Shown: positions 29,348 through 41,022 of the stretch, one piece after another
Position numbering within the stretch: the first letter of the stretch is position 1
How the letters are laid out: each line of letters opens with the position of its first letter
Assembly: GCA_050951405.1 (NCBI GenBank)
Contig: JBMNIZ010000003.1
Coordinates: forward strand, 10,111-74,110
DNA from: Bacillota bacterium
GTDB taxonomy: Bacteria > Bacillota > DULZ01
Direction of reading: 5' to 3'
DNA length: 64,000 nt
Made by a program: the position numbers and the translations under genes
The notes under the pieces: generated by a model
Databases searched by the model: none
Told to the model about the DNA's origin: nothing
Seen by the model: only the letters and a program-made list of their open reading frames with translations

Positions 29348-30313
29348 TTAAAGTCTTTTCACCGGATGATATCCAACTGTTTTCGCTGATGGAGACGAGT
29401 GGGGAGCCGGGACCGTTTCTCTCCGAAAACTGCCGTTAGCCAGATAGACCCCAAAAAGAATGGTGCCGGCACCCACTAAATGGTAGACGGCAATGCGGTC
29501 GCCAAAAATGAAAAAAGAAAGCACCGCCGAAAACAAGGGCACCAGATTTTGAAAGGCAGCCGCTCTACCAGCCCCGATCCGGCCAACTCCTTCATACCAG
29601 AAGACGAAGCCTATCGCTGATGCAAATACCGCCAGGAAAACAACCGATAAAAGAGACGAAAGGCTTACCGCCCACCAGTCCATCCGGATCAGCTGCGGCA
29701 TGGCCAAAACCAAAAAGAGTAGGCCTCCCAGCCCACAAGCATAGGTGGTAGTGAGCAGGGCGCTCCAGTATCGGGAGGTAAGCCGCCCGACGTTGGTATA
29801 GAGCGACCAGCTGATCACTCCTCCCAGCAGAATTAAATCTCCCCGGTTAAACTCCAGACCGGACAATACCTGGAAGGAACCACGGCTGACAATAATCGCC
29901 ACACCCAGCAGTGAAATCAGGAGCCCTCCTATCTGACGCAGGCTTATTTTTTCTTTTAATAACAATCGGGAAAAAGCTACGGTCACGGCCGGACAAGCTG
30001 CAACAATCAAGGAGCCGTTGACAGGAGAAGTTAATTTTAGCCCTTGGAAGAAAAAAAGATTGTAAAAAAAGATGCCGCTGAGAGCAGCCGCTACTAAAAG
30101 GGGCCAGTCCCTAACCTTCACCAGGGCCTTCCGGCCCTCCTTCCAGGCCAGGATGGGGGCCAGGACCAGAAAAGCCATGGTAAATCTCAAGGCAGCCGCT
30201 GCCAGAGGAGTAAATTCCTGCACGGCAATTTTTGCGGCCACAAAGGCGCCCCCCCAAAAGAAAACCGCTCCAACCAGTTTGCTGTAGATCAAAAACTCAC
30301 TGCGCTGATGCAA
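29348..30313 (-). CDS. EamA/DMT-family transporter
   Basis: 321 aa, about 10 TM, two EamA repeats. Confidence 0.8.
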   Translation of the reverse strand: MHQRSEFLIYSKLVGAVFFWGGAFVAAKIAVQEFTPLAAAALRFTMAFLVLAPILAWKEGRKALVKVRDWPLLVAAALSGIFFYNLFFFQGLKLTSPVNGSLIVAACPAVTVAFSRLLLKEKISLRQIGGLLISLLGVAIIVSRGSFQVLSGLEFNRGDLILLGGVISWSLYTNVGRLTSRYWSALLTTTYACGLGGLLFLVLAMPQLIRMDWWAVSLSSLLSVVFLAVFASAIGFVFWYEGVGRIGAGRAAAFQNLVPLFSAVLSFFIFGDRIAVYHLVGAGTILFGVYLANGSFRRETVPAPHSSPSAKTVGYHPVKRL

Positions 30314-30508
30314 AAAAACACCTCGACTTCCCTGATGATCTGGTTAGGAATTCTCCCCATTTGCGCTCTTTTCCTCCTTTCCTTCCCCCCTATTCCCGGA
30401 ATAAAAAAAGCCGCCCAAAAGTTCGCTGAACTCCTGGGCAGCCTCTTGAAAAAATTCGATCCAGTCTGGCTTGGATTTGCCCGAAAGCCGGCCTTTTCTC
30501 CCGCTGAG

Positions 30509-32128
<1,620 letters not shown>

Positions 32129-32145
32129 CTATTCCTCCTGAACTG

Positions 32146-32433
32146 TTATTTTACAATCGCTAAGATATCCCTCTCGCTCAAGATCAAATACTCTTGCCCA
32201 TCCATCTTTACTTCAGTTCCTGCATATTTGGAATAAATCACTCGGTCGCCCACAGCCACTTCTAAAGGAATCTTTTCTCCCTGATCGGAGAGGCGCCCGG
32301 AACCAACAGCCACCACTTCTCCTTCCTGGGGCTTTTCCTTGGCAGTATCGGGCAAGACAATACCGCCCTTGGTTTTTTCTTCCTTCTCAAGCACTTTGAT
32401 GACCACACGGTCGCCTAAAGGTTGGATGTTCAT
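32146..32433 (-). CDS. groES: co-chaperonin GroES
   Basis: Begins [29 protein letters not shown].... ATG 32433 follows AAGGAGGG; the ORF-track start is 14 codons too long. Confidence 0.95.
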   Translation of the reverse strand: MNIQPLGDRVVIKVLEKEEKTKGGIVLPDTAKEKPQEGEVVAVGSGRLSDQGEKIPLEVAVGDRVIYSKYAGTEVKMDGQEYLILSERDILAIVK

Positions 32434-32468
32434 AAAGACCCTCCTTTTTAATTGTTGGCAGCTTCTTG

Positions 32469-32495
32469 TTAGCACTCAATGGGAATGAGTGCTAA
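32469..32495. promoter_or_regulatory. CIRCE element (HrcA operator)
   Basis: TTAGCACTC-N9-GAGTGCTAA, a perfect consensus, 36 nt upstream of groES. Confidence 0.92.
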
Positions 32496-32776
32496 TATAC
32501 ATATATAATAATAGTAATTCAGTAGCAGGAACGCAAGCTTATCTTCGGCCGCTTTTTCCCAATTTGGGCTGTTTTTCCCTGGTATTCGCCTGAAATCTCA
32601 CTATTTCTCCTTCCAGCGTCCTTATTTGATCTAAGCAAGCCGAAAGGAGGTATATCCTTGAAGAAAATATTCCCTTTTTCTCGCGGAGCTATACATCCGT
32701 GTCCATCTTTGGCCAATGATAGCCCAATCTTTTCCGTTGACCACTGCTCTCGGCAGCTGCAGTGCTCTCAAAAAAG

Positions 32777-33271
32777 CTACTCTCCCCCACATTCCTCGGC
32801 TCTCTCTTTTAAAATATCGATTCCATGGGTTAATGAAGGTAAAATCACTTCCAGGCACTCCTTTACCGCCTTGGGACTGCCCGGCAGATTGACGATCAAG
32901 CTCTGCTTCCGAATAACGGCCGTAGCCCGGGAAAGCATCGCTTTGGGAGTAACTTTCAGACTGGCCGCCCGCATGGCTTCTCCCAGACCCGGTACCAGCT
33001 TGTCGGCCACAGCCAGAGTAGCTTCCGGAGTAACATCTCGGGGAGCAAATCCCGTACCTCCCGTGGTGAAAATCAAGTCAAGGCCCCTTTCATCCGCAAA
33101 TTCCTTCAGCTTTTGTTCCAAAAAAGATCTGTCGTCGGGAACAACAGCATAAGCCTCCACTCTTCCGCCTATCCTGGCCATGAGCTCTTTAATCACGGGA
33201 GCGCTGAGATCTTCCCTTTCCCCCTTGGCTCCTTTGTCGCTGGCGGTGATGATTCCGACCCTAATCACCAT
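32777..33271 (-). CDS. mog: molybdenum cofactor biosynthesis protein MogA/MoaB family
   Basis: 164 aa with IITASDKGAKGEREDLS and TTGGTG motifs. Confidence 0.85.
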   Translation of the reverse strand: MVIRVGIITASDKGAKGEREDLSAPVIKELMARIGGRVEAYAVVPDDRSFLEQKLKEFADERGLDLIFTTGGTGFAPRDVTPEATLAVADKLVPGLGEAMRAASLKVTPKAMLSRATAVIRKQSLIVNLPGSPKAVKECLEVILPSLTHGIDILKERAEECGGE

Positions 33272-33701
33272 CTATGACCTCCACCAAGTCCCCTACTTTC
33301 ACCGGACCTGTTTCCAAAACCTCCACAAAAATCCCTTCCCGGGGCATGACGCAGTCTCCCGCCTGTCGGTAAATGGCGCAAGGGCTGTGGCACTCCTTGC
33401 CGATCTGGGTTACCCTCCCCCTGGCCCGGTCACCGATTTTCAAGACGGTCCCTACCGGAAGGCGAAGCAGGTCAATGCCTTCGGTGGTCAAATTCTCGGC
33501 AAAATCTCCTGGCCCCACATCCAGCCCTTTCTGCCGCATTTTTTCAATGCTTTCCATGGCCAGAAGACTCACCTGCCGGTGCCAGGCGCCTGCATGAGCA
33601 TCCCCTTCCAGACCGCATCCCTTGACCAGTTTACCCTGGCCTATATTTTTTTTCCTTTGTCCCTTTCTTTCACTGATACAAACGGCCACTATTTTTCCCA
33701 T
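33261..33701 (-). CDS. MOSC-domain protein
   Basis: 146 aa, begins [14 protein letters not shown], with GLEGDAHAG. Embedded in the Moco operon. Confidence 0.75.
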   Translation of the reverse strand: MGKIVAVCISERKGQRKKNIGQGKLVKGCGLEGDAHAGAWHRQVSLLAMESIEKMRQKGLDVGPGDFAENLTTEGIDLLRLPVGTVLKIGDRARGRVTQIGKECHSPCAIYRQAGDCVMPREGIFVEVLETGPVKVGDLVEVIDGD

Positions 33702-34186
33702 GGAGTCTCCCCCTCCCGCTTGAATTCGCCCCTTTGGCCGCCCCGTTTCCGGATCAAACGAATATCGCCGATAACCATGCTCCGATCAACCGCTTTGCAC
33801 ATATCGTAAATAGTCAAAAGAGCCGCGCTGACCGCAGTCAGCGCTTCCATCTCCACTCCTGTCCGGCCTGTGGTGCGAATAGCAGCCTCCACTTCCACCC
33901 GTTTTTTTTCCTCGTCAAGCCGAAAATCCACCCTGCTGCCGGTCAGAAGCAGGGGATGACAGAGGGGGATGAGCTCAGCAGTCCGTTTTGCCGCCATAAT
34001 CCCTGCCAGCCGGGCTACCGCAAAAACATCTCCTTTGGGATTCTCGCCCCTTCGGAGCAGGGCCAGGGTGCTTGCTTCCATTTCAATATGGCCCCGGGCC
34101 ACCGCTTCCCTCTCGGTTTCCTCCTTGGACCCCACATCCACCATCCGGGCTCTTCCTTCTTGGTCTAAATGAGTCAACTCTCCCAT
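33689..34186 (-). CDS. moaC: cyclic pyranopterin monophosphate synthase
   Basis: 165 aa with [15 protein letters not shown] and the LIPLCHPL motif. Confidence 0.92.
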   Translation of the reverse strand: MGELTHLDQEGRARMVDVGSKEETEREAVARGHIEMEASTLALLRRGENPKGDVFAVARLAGIMAAKRTAELIPLCHPLLLTGSRVDFRLDEEKKRVEVEAAIRTTGRTGVEMEALTAVSAALLTIYDMCKAVDRSMVIGDIRLIRKRGGQRGEFKREGETPWEK

Positions 34187-34189
34187 GAG

Positions 34190-35167
34190 CTAGCCTCCTA
34201 TTTGGGACATGATCCGTTCCTGTTTTCCCCAGCCGTCCAATTCCAGATTATGCTTTTCGGGCTTTTGCTCCAAAGCTTTCATAAACACCTGGCCCAATGC
34301 CTCCCGGTCCGCCCCCTGCCGCAGGGGAGCTCTTAAATCGAATTCCAGCTCTTTTTGCAGACAGGGGCGGAGTTTCCCTTCCGCCGTTAGGCGCAACCGA
34401 TTACAAGTTCGGCAAAAATGCCGGCTTAGAGCGCCGATAAAACCAATAGTTCCCTTGCTGTCCGGCAAGCGAACATAATCGGCCGGGCCGTTGCCCTCAA
34501 CCTGAACCGGCAACAATCGGTCATGACGGGCAAGAACCTTTTTAATCTCCGCAATCTGCAGATACTTTTGCACCGCTGTACCGTCACTTTCCCCGATGGG
34601 CATCAATTCAATGAAACGGATGTGCAGGGGCAGTTCCCTGGTCAACGAGGCAAAATCCAGAATCTCATCGTCGTTAAAACCCCTGACAACTACCACATTA
34701 ATTTTCACCGGTTCCAGTCCCGCCGCCAGGGCAGCTTCAATACCCTGAAAGACCCGTTCAATTTGTCCTATCCTGGTTATATAGGAGAAACGATCTTTCT
34801 TTAATGTATCCAGGCTGATATTAACCCGCTGCAAACCGGCTTTTTTTAATTCCCCGGCATACTGAGCTAATAAAAGGCCGTTGGTGGTCATGGAAAGATC
34901 CCGGACACCATCCAAAGAAGCCATTCTTTCCACCAAAGAAAGGATTCCTTTCCGGACCAAAGGTTCCCCTCCGGTCAAGCGGAACTTGCTAAAACCGAGA
35001 GAAACCGCCAGCTCCACCAGTTGAAAAATCTCTTCCAGAGATAGAATCTCCTCATGGGTTTTCAGGGAAACTCCTTCCGCCGGCATACAATAACGACAGC
35101 GCAAATTACAGCGGTCTGTAACAGAAATGCGCAAATAATCAATTTGCCTGTGAAAAGAATCTTTCAT
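34190..35167 (-). CDS. moaA: GTP 3',8-cyclase (radical SAM)
   Basis: Begins MKDSFHRQIDYLRISVTDRCNLRCRYCMP, with C-terminal CxxCNRLRLT. ATG taken at 35167. Confidence 0.92.
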   Translation of the reverse strand: MKDSFHRQIDYLRISVTDRCNLRCRYCMPAEGVSLKTHEEILSLEEIFQLVELAVSLGFSKFRLTGGEPLVRKGILSLVERMASLDGVRDLSMTTNGLLLAQYAGELKKAGLQRVNISLDTLKKDRFSYITRIGQIERVFQGIEAALAAGLEPVKINVVVVRGFNDDEILDFASLTRELPLHIRFIELMPIGESDGTAVQKYLQIAEIKKVLARHDRLLPVQVEGNGPADYVRLPDSKGTIGFIGALSRHFCRTCNRLRLTAEGKLRPCLQKELEFDLRAPLRQGADREALGQVFMKALEQKPEKHNLELDGWGKQERIMSQIGG

Positions 35168-35169
35168 AC

Positions 35170-37112
35170 CTATGCCTCTCTCTCTATAGCTGTGCTGGAC
35201 CACACAACCCGGCCGCATTTGGAGACATCATAGCCTCCCAACTGCCTCACTTTTTCCTGAAAATCCCGGGAGCGGAGAATAGACAGCAGTTTTTGCCAGT
35301 AAAGCCAGTCCCAGTACTCCAGAGGGATACACAGATCATAGCGCTCCCAGGCCAGAGGGATAAAATCCAGTCCCATGGCCCGGGCAGCGGCCCGCACCCC
35401 TAAACCCGCATCGCAGCTGCCGCTTTTTACCGCTGCCGCAACGGCCAGGTGGGTGAACTCCTCTCTTTGGTAGCCGTTGATCAGTACGGGATCTATTTCC
35501 ATTTCAGTCAGATAATAGTCTAAAAGGATTCGGGTTCCCGCTCCCGGCTGCCGGTTGACAAAACGCACTTCCGGCCTGGTCAAATCGCGGAAACCTTTAA
35601 TTCCCTTGGGGTTGCCGGGAGCCACCATCAGCCCCTGTTCCCGCAAAGCCAGGTTAACCAGCACCGGCTCCTGATCCGGCAAATACCGCTGAACATAGCT
35701 AACATTATAATCTCCTGTTTCCTCATCCAGAAGATGCATACCTGCCAAGTGGGCCTCGCCTCTTTTTAATGCTAAAATACCGCCCAAACTGCCCACATTG
35801 GAAGAGGAAATCCTCAAACCGTTACTCTGCCACAAAGCATTGGCCATCAAATCGATGGTCAAATCATGGCTGCCCGCTATCATCAAGGTTTTTTCAATCT
35901 GATCAAGGGATGTGAGCAGTTCCACTTGGACCCTGTCCCCGGCCTTAAACCCTTCAGATAGAGCCGGAATGCGTAACATCCCATCTGCCCTAATCAAAGA
36001 TGAAATCATGCCCGCGCCTCGGGCAAGAGGTGTCACCATCACTTTTCCTCCCACCCGGCCCAGGGTAACCCGGACAAACTCTTCCGTACCAAGAGCTGAG
36101 GCTATTTTCCTGGCCAAAATGCCATCCACAAGCGATTTCTTCGGCAGGGCCTGCCCCAATTTGCTAAATACAATGGGCTTCACAAAGATCTCAAAAGTCA
36201 AGGCCGCTGAAACAGGATAACCGGGAATGCCCACTGCCGGTTTCCCGCAAACACTGCCTACCACCACCGGCTTGCCGGGTTTCATGGCCACTCCATGGAG
36301 ACATAATTCTCCCAGATCGCTGATGATGGAAGCGGTATAATCCTCCCGTCCGGCAGAAGAACCTGCATTGATCACAACCACATCCGCCTTTTGCGCTGCT
36401 TCCCGGACCGCTCTTTTCATAATTTCGTAATCGTCAGGCACCATGGAAAGATGACGGGCTCCCCTCCCCATTCTTCCACAAAAGCGCCCAGCATTTTACT
36501 GTTGAATTCCGGAATATCTCCCGCCTTTGGCAAACTACCCGGCTCCACCAATTCTGTTCCCGTGGGAATAATGGCCACCCGGGGACGCTTCCAGACTTCC
36601 AACTCCACCACACCCCCGGCCAAGATACCGCCGATATCATAGGGGCGCAGGCGATGGTTGGCAGGAACGATCATTTCCGTTGCCGCCAGGTCTTCCCCAA
36701 CGGCTCGGACATGTTGCCCGGGAACTGCCGCCGCCGTGATTTCAATCATTCCACCTCCGGTGTAGTTCACATCTTCGACCATAATGACCGCATCAAAACC
36801 CTCCGGCATAGGGTCACCTGTATCTACTTCAACGGCTTCCCTACCCAAGCGGAGCTTAAACGGTGCCGTTTCGGTGGCGCCAATGGTATTCTTGGCCAGG
36901 ACTGCAATCCCGTCCATGGCCGCCGCCGGGTAATGGGGAGACGAGACGGAAGCCAGAACCGGAGAAGCGGTCACTCTACCCAAGGCCTTGGCCACGGGAA
37001 TTATCTCCGTATCCGAGGACCGGATCAAACCCCTGTCTGAAAAGAACGCCCGGCACTTCTCCCAAGCTTTTTCCACTGGCTCATTGTCCAGGAATATTTT
37101 TCCTCGCCGCAC
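35170..37112 (-). pseudogene. MoeA-like protein fused to a C-terminal PBP-like binding domain, with one frameshift
   Basis: ORF 36417-37112 (MoeA N-terminal domains) continues into ORF 35170-36471 (MVPDDYEIMK...MoeA domain III/IV plus a PBP-like tail) after a 1-nt frame change at about 36445 (TTTCCATGG; TTTCCCATGG would restore IFPMVPDD). Confidence 0.75.
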
Positions 37113-37125
37113 CAGCCTACCACCT

Positions 37126-38358
37126 CTAAGAGCGGAACAGTTTTACTGCCACCATTTCCCCCGCAAGCAATCCTTCCTTCAACAACGGGACTTCCACCAC
37201 ACCATCCGCCTTCACCATAGTGGAAATCAAGCCTGATTTGCCCAATACCGGTTCAGCCAAAATCTGCCCATCCTCCTCTTGCCGTAAGCAGACCCTGAGA
37301 TAGTCCAACCGCCCGGCTGCGGACCCAAAGTTCCTGGTGAGCTTGGCCATGACCACCGGATGAAAAATCTCCCGATAGCCGCCGTATTTGAGCAGGGGAT
37401 GGACCATCAAATCATAGACCAGCATGGCCGAGACCGGATGACCGGGCAAACCAAATACCGGCTTTCCATCAATAACAGTGCCGATGGTAGGTTTTCCCGG
37501 TTTGATGGGTAAACCATGGAAGAGGACCGGTTCTCCCGCCAGCTCTTCCAGGACCTTGACCGTATAATCCCGGCTGCCGATGGAACTTCCGCCTGAGATG
37601 AGCACTAAATCGTTTTCTGCCAGGCATCTTTCCACTCTCTCTTTTAACCGGGTAAAGTCGTCGGCAACAATTCCGTATAATCTGGGCCGGCCTCCGCTTT
37701 GTTTCACCAGGCCGTAAAGAGAATATGCATTCACATCCCTGACCTGTCCGGGTAAAGGCGTTATTTCTGGCGGCACAATCTCATTCCCTGTGGAAATAAT
37801 TCCCACCTGAAGAGAAAGGTAAACCTGCACCCGCAGTTTTCCCAGGGCGGCCAAAAAACCCAACTCCTGGGGCCGGAGCATGGTGCCCTTTTCCAACACC
37901 TTTTCGCCGGAGACCGCATCCTCGTCAGGCTGGATTACATTCTCGCCAGGACTGACGGGGCGCACTATAGAGATGGTCCTCTCATCCAACCATTCCGTGT
38001 ACTCCAGCATCACCACCCCATCAGTACCCGAAGGCAGCACTCCTCCTGTTGGAAGCTGCAGGGTCTGTCCCGCTTGGACCTTACCTGGAAAGAGAGTACC
38101 CAGCTGCAGCTCACCCACAACTTCCAAATAACGAGGTTGAGATTCCATGGCGCCGAAAGTCTCCCGGGAATGTACGGCAAAACCGTCCACAGTAGACCTT
38201 GGAAAGCCCGGCAGGCTGGCAGCAGAGACAATGTCCTCCGCCAAAGTACGGCCCAAGGCGGCCAGCAGATCAACTTCCTCCGTCTTCTGAAATCCCGACC
38301 AGTTCTTAAAAATGCGTTCCTTGGCTTCAGCAATGCCAACTGTCTTCAACAAGCCCAT
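37126..38358 (-). CDS. moeA: molybdopterin molybdotransferase
   Basis: 410 aa, canonical MoeA (VDGFAV...ISGGSS(I)G..D). Confidence 0.9.
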   Translation of the reverse strand: MGLLKTVGIAEAKERIFKNWSGFQKTEEVDLLAALGRTLAEDIVSAASLPGFPRSTVDGFAVHSRETFGAMESQPRYLEVVGELQLGTLFPGKVQAGQTLQLPTGGVLPSGTDGVVMLEYTEWLDERTISIVRPVSPGENVIQPDEDAVSGEKVLEKGTMLRPQELGFLAALGKLRVQVYLSLQVGIISTGNEIVPPEITPLPGQVRDVNAYSLYGLVKQSGGRPRLYGIVADDFTRLKERVERCLAENDLVLISGGSSIGSRDYTVKVLEELAGEPVLFHGLPIKPGKPTIGTVIDGKPVFGLPGHPVSAMLVYDLMVHPLLKYGGYREIFHPVVMAKLTRNFGSAAGRLDYLRVCLRQEEDGQILAEPVLGKSGLISTMVKADGVVEVPLLKEGLLAGEMVAVKLFRS

Positions 38359-38379
38359 CCCACCTAAGGGGAGCTGGTC

Positions 38380-38556
38380 TTAAAAGCAGCCCAATTCACA
38401 TGCAAAAATCTTGATTTTCGCCTCATTGGCAGCTTCCCCGATTTTTCGCACCGGCACTCCCATCTCCGCAGCCAATTGACGGGCCTTGGTACAGGAAATC
38501 TTACCGTCTACAGATGCTTTTTTGACCGCTTCCAACAGTTTCTCCTCCACCGACAT
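38380..38556 (-). CDS. 58-aa small protein, HTH-like, C-terminal CxxxC (not in the ORF track)
   Basis: MSVEEKLLEAVKKASVDGKISCTKARQLAAEMGVPVRKIGEAANEAKIKIFACELGCF. ATG lies 4 nt after GAGGGGAGGG, and the stop is 21 nt before moeA. First gene of the Moco operon. Confidence 0.45.
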   Translation of the reverse strand: MSVEEKLLEAVKKASVDGKISCTKARQLAAEMGVPVRKIGEAANEAKIKIFACELGCF

Positions 38557-38733
38557 TATACCCTCCCCTCTTTTCCCTCATGATGAGAATACCCGGTTTT
38601 CTTTGATCCAGATGGTTTTTTTCATTATAACTCAATTCCTGACCGGTTACCAGAACTCTTTCCGGTGAAAAGAACGGCCGGGCATACCACGCACTTTCCC
38701 TCCTCATTTAGCATAGATTACTCCCGGGAGGGG

Positions 38734-39609
38734 ATGGAATTGAGTTACGGATTGGCATTAAGCGGTGGAGCTTTAAGGGGTGCCGCTCATATCGGCTTGT
38801 TGGAAGTTTTCCTGGAAAACAAACTGGTCCCCCGGATGCTGGCCGGTTCCAGTGCCGGCAGCATTGTGGGCTGTCTTTATGCGGCCGGCATGAAGCCCCA
38901 AACCATGCGGTCCTTAGTAAACCAAATGCAAAGGCTGTTGCCAAAAAACGGCCGGGAATTGATTGGATCCCATCTGCTCATACCTTCTACCCAGCTGCCC
39001 GACTGGTTGCCCCAAGGGCTCCTGAGCAGCCGATTCATTGAGATTGTCATGAATAAATTGCTGGGGAAAAAGTCTTTTGAACAACTGTCCAAACCCATGG
39101 CCGTGACCGCCACCGACCTGCAGACGGGGGAATTGGTCATCTTCACGGCAGAAGAATTGATACCAAAAAAACCCTGGCCCCAAAACATTCATTTTTTACC
39201 AGGAGTGTCTATAGCGGAAGCGGTCCGGGCCAGCTGCGCCATCCCGGGAATATTCACACCCAAAACCATTGGCCGGCGAACCCTGGCTGATGGAGGAATT
39301 GTGGATAACCTGCCGGCAGATGTCTTACGCTTAATTGGTGCCTCCAAAATAGTAGCGGTGGACCTGGGCTTTGCCGTCCAGCAAGATGAGCCTTTAAAAC
39401 ACATTTTGGATATTTTGCTTCAAACTTATGACATCATGGGTCAAAGAATCAGTTCCCTGGTTGCGGAGAAAGATGCCCAGCTGGTTATCCGTCCTCAAAC
39501 TGGCGGGGCCGGCCTCTTGGATTTTGCCAAAATTCCAGCCTTTGTGGAAAGCGGCCGGGTGGCCGGCCGGGAGAACCTGGCCTCCGTCAAACAATTGCTC
39601 TCCCGTTAA
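38734..39609 (+). CDS. patatin-like phospholipase
   Basis: LSGGALRGAAH (oxyanion GGxR), GSSAGS (GxSxG) and a DGG catalytic Asp motif. ATG 38734 follows GGGAGGGG. Confidence 0.85.
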   Translation: MELSYGLALSGGALRGAAHIGLLEVFLENKLVPRMLAGSSAGSIVGCLYAAGMKPQTMRSLVNQMQRLLPKNGRELIGSHLLIPSTQLPDWLPQGLLSSRFIEIVMNKLLGKKSFEQLSKPMAVTATDLQTGELVIFTAEELIPKKPWPQNIHFLPGVSIAEAVRASCAIPGIFTPKTIGRRTLADGGIVDNLPADVLRLIGASKIVAVDLGFAVQQDEPLKHILDILLQTYDIMGQRISSLVAEKDAQLVIRPQTGGAGLLDFAKIPAFVESGRVAGRENLASVKQLLSR

Positions 39610-39783
39610 AAAGGCTTTTTTGTCATTTTTCCCCCATTGGTTAAAGAATAATCTCCCTTCAGGAAGGGAAAACCAAAGCTGAAGCAGAATATGTCTGAAT
39701 ATTCGCCAGGGGACGAGCTAAATATCTTTCAGCGAAAAAATCTCGAGCTCTTGGCCACTATTATCACCAAGGGGGAAAAGAAA

Positions 39784-40971
39784 ATGGCATTGCAAATCAG
39801 TAATCAGGTCACTTGGGTAGGAATCATTGATTGGGAATTGCGCACCTTTCACGGCCAGGAGTACTCCACCCATCGGGGTTCTTCCTACAACTCGTACCTG
39901 ATCCGGGATGAGAAGATTGTATTGATCGATACCGTTTGGCAACCTTTCGCCAAAGAATTTGTGGCCAATCTGAAAAAGGAAATCAACCTGGAAAAGATCG
40001 ACTACATTGTAGCCAATCATGCGGAAATAGACCACAGCGGCGCCTTGCCTGAGTTGATGCGGGAAATTCCCCACACCCCTATTTACTGCACCTCCAACGG
40101 AGTAAAATCTTTAAAAGGACATTACCACAAGGACTGGAACTTGGTGCCGGTAAAAACGGGAGATACCCTGGATCTGGGGAAAAACAAACTGGTTTTTGTC
40201 GAAGCCCGCATGCTCCACTGGCCGGATTCCATGTTTTGTTATCTGACAGGTGAGGAAATCCTGTTCAGCAACGATGCCTTTGGACAGCATTATGCTTCTA
40301 AACTAATGTACAACGATCTGGTAGATCAGTGTGAACTCTACCAAGAAGCCATCAAATACTACGCCAACATCCTCACTCCTTTTAGTCCGCTGGTGGAAAG
40401 GAAAATCGAAGAAGTCCTCGACCTCAATCTGCCGGTCCGCATGATTTGCCCCAGCCACGGCGTCATCTGGCGGGATAACCCGGCTCAGATTATCCACAAA
40501 TACTTGGCATGGGCTCGAAACTACCAGGAAAACCAAATCACTGTTCTTTACGACACCATGTGGAATAGTACGGGAAAGATGGCCAAAGCCATCGCCCAAG
40601 GAATACGGGAAATCAGCCCCGATACGGCTGTCAAGCTTTTTAATGTTTCCCGCTCCGACAAGAACGATGTTATCACCGAGGTTTTTAAGTCAAAAGGAAT
40701 CCTGGTGGGCTCACCCACGGTAAATAAGGGCATCCTGCACGCAGCGGCAGGTATTCTTGACCTGATCCAAGGACTTGGCTTTAAAAATAAAAAAGCTGCT
40801 ACTTTCGGCAGTTACGGCTGGAGCGGCGAAGCGGTAAAATTACTTGCGGAAAAACTGGAAGCAGCCGGGCTGAAAGTAATCCAAGAAGGACTGAGGCTCC
40901 CCTGGGTGCCTGGTGAAGAAGAACTTGATCAATGCCGGGAATTCGGCAGACAATTTGCAATGAAACTCTAA
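39784..40971 (+). CDS. fprA: flavodiiron protein (FprA-type O2/NO reductase)
   Basis: About 395 aa. Metallo-beta-lactamase-like diiron site (HAEIDHSG) plus a C-terminal flavodoxin domain. Confidence 0.87.
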   Translation: MALQISNQVTWVGIIDWELRTFHGQEYSTHRGSSYNSYLIRDEKIVLIDTVWQPFAKEFVANLKKEINLEKIDYIVANHAEIDHSGALPELMREIPHTPIYCTSNGVKSLKGHYHKDWNLVPVKTGDTLDLGKNKLVFVEARMLHWPDSMFCYLTGEEILFSNDAFGQHYASKLMYNDLVDQCELYQEAIKYYANILTPFSPLVERKIEEVLDLNLPVRMICPSHGVIWRDNPAQIIHKYLAWARNYQENQITVLYDTMWNSTGKMAKAIAQGIREISPDTAVKLFNVSRSDKNDVITEVFKSKGILVGSPTVNKGILHAAAGILDLIQGLGFKNKKAATFGSYGWSGEAVKLLAEKLEAAGLKVIQEGLRLPWVPGEEELDQCREFGRQFAMKL

Positions 40972-40975
40972 AGAG

Positions 40976-41022
40976 AAAGGGCTGGAACGAACGAAAAGGC
41001 AGCTTCGTTCCAGCCCTTTTTT
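40976..41022. terminator. bidirectional intrinsic terminator
   Basis: 16-bp stem AAAGGGCTGGAACGAA / TTCGTTCCAGCCCTTT followed by a T-run. Lies between convergent fprA and fdhA and overlaps the fdhA stop. Confidence 0.75.

Noticed and set aside
32658-33152. 164-aa plus-strand ORF with a strong RBS (GAAAGGAGG-N8-TTG) upstream of groES
   Set aside because: It runs antisense through the whole mogA gene, and the translation is low-complexity (Ser/Pro/Ala-rich), typical of an antisense shadow ORF. The Moco gene on the other strand has clear family motifs.
38557-38733. Moco riboswitch upstream of the moeA-moaA-moaC operon
   Set aside because: A TATAAT-like -10 element near the middle of this gap leaves only a leader of about 70 nt. 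I saw no recognisable Moco-motif conserved segments. This is not excluded without a covariance-model scan.
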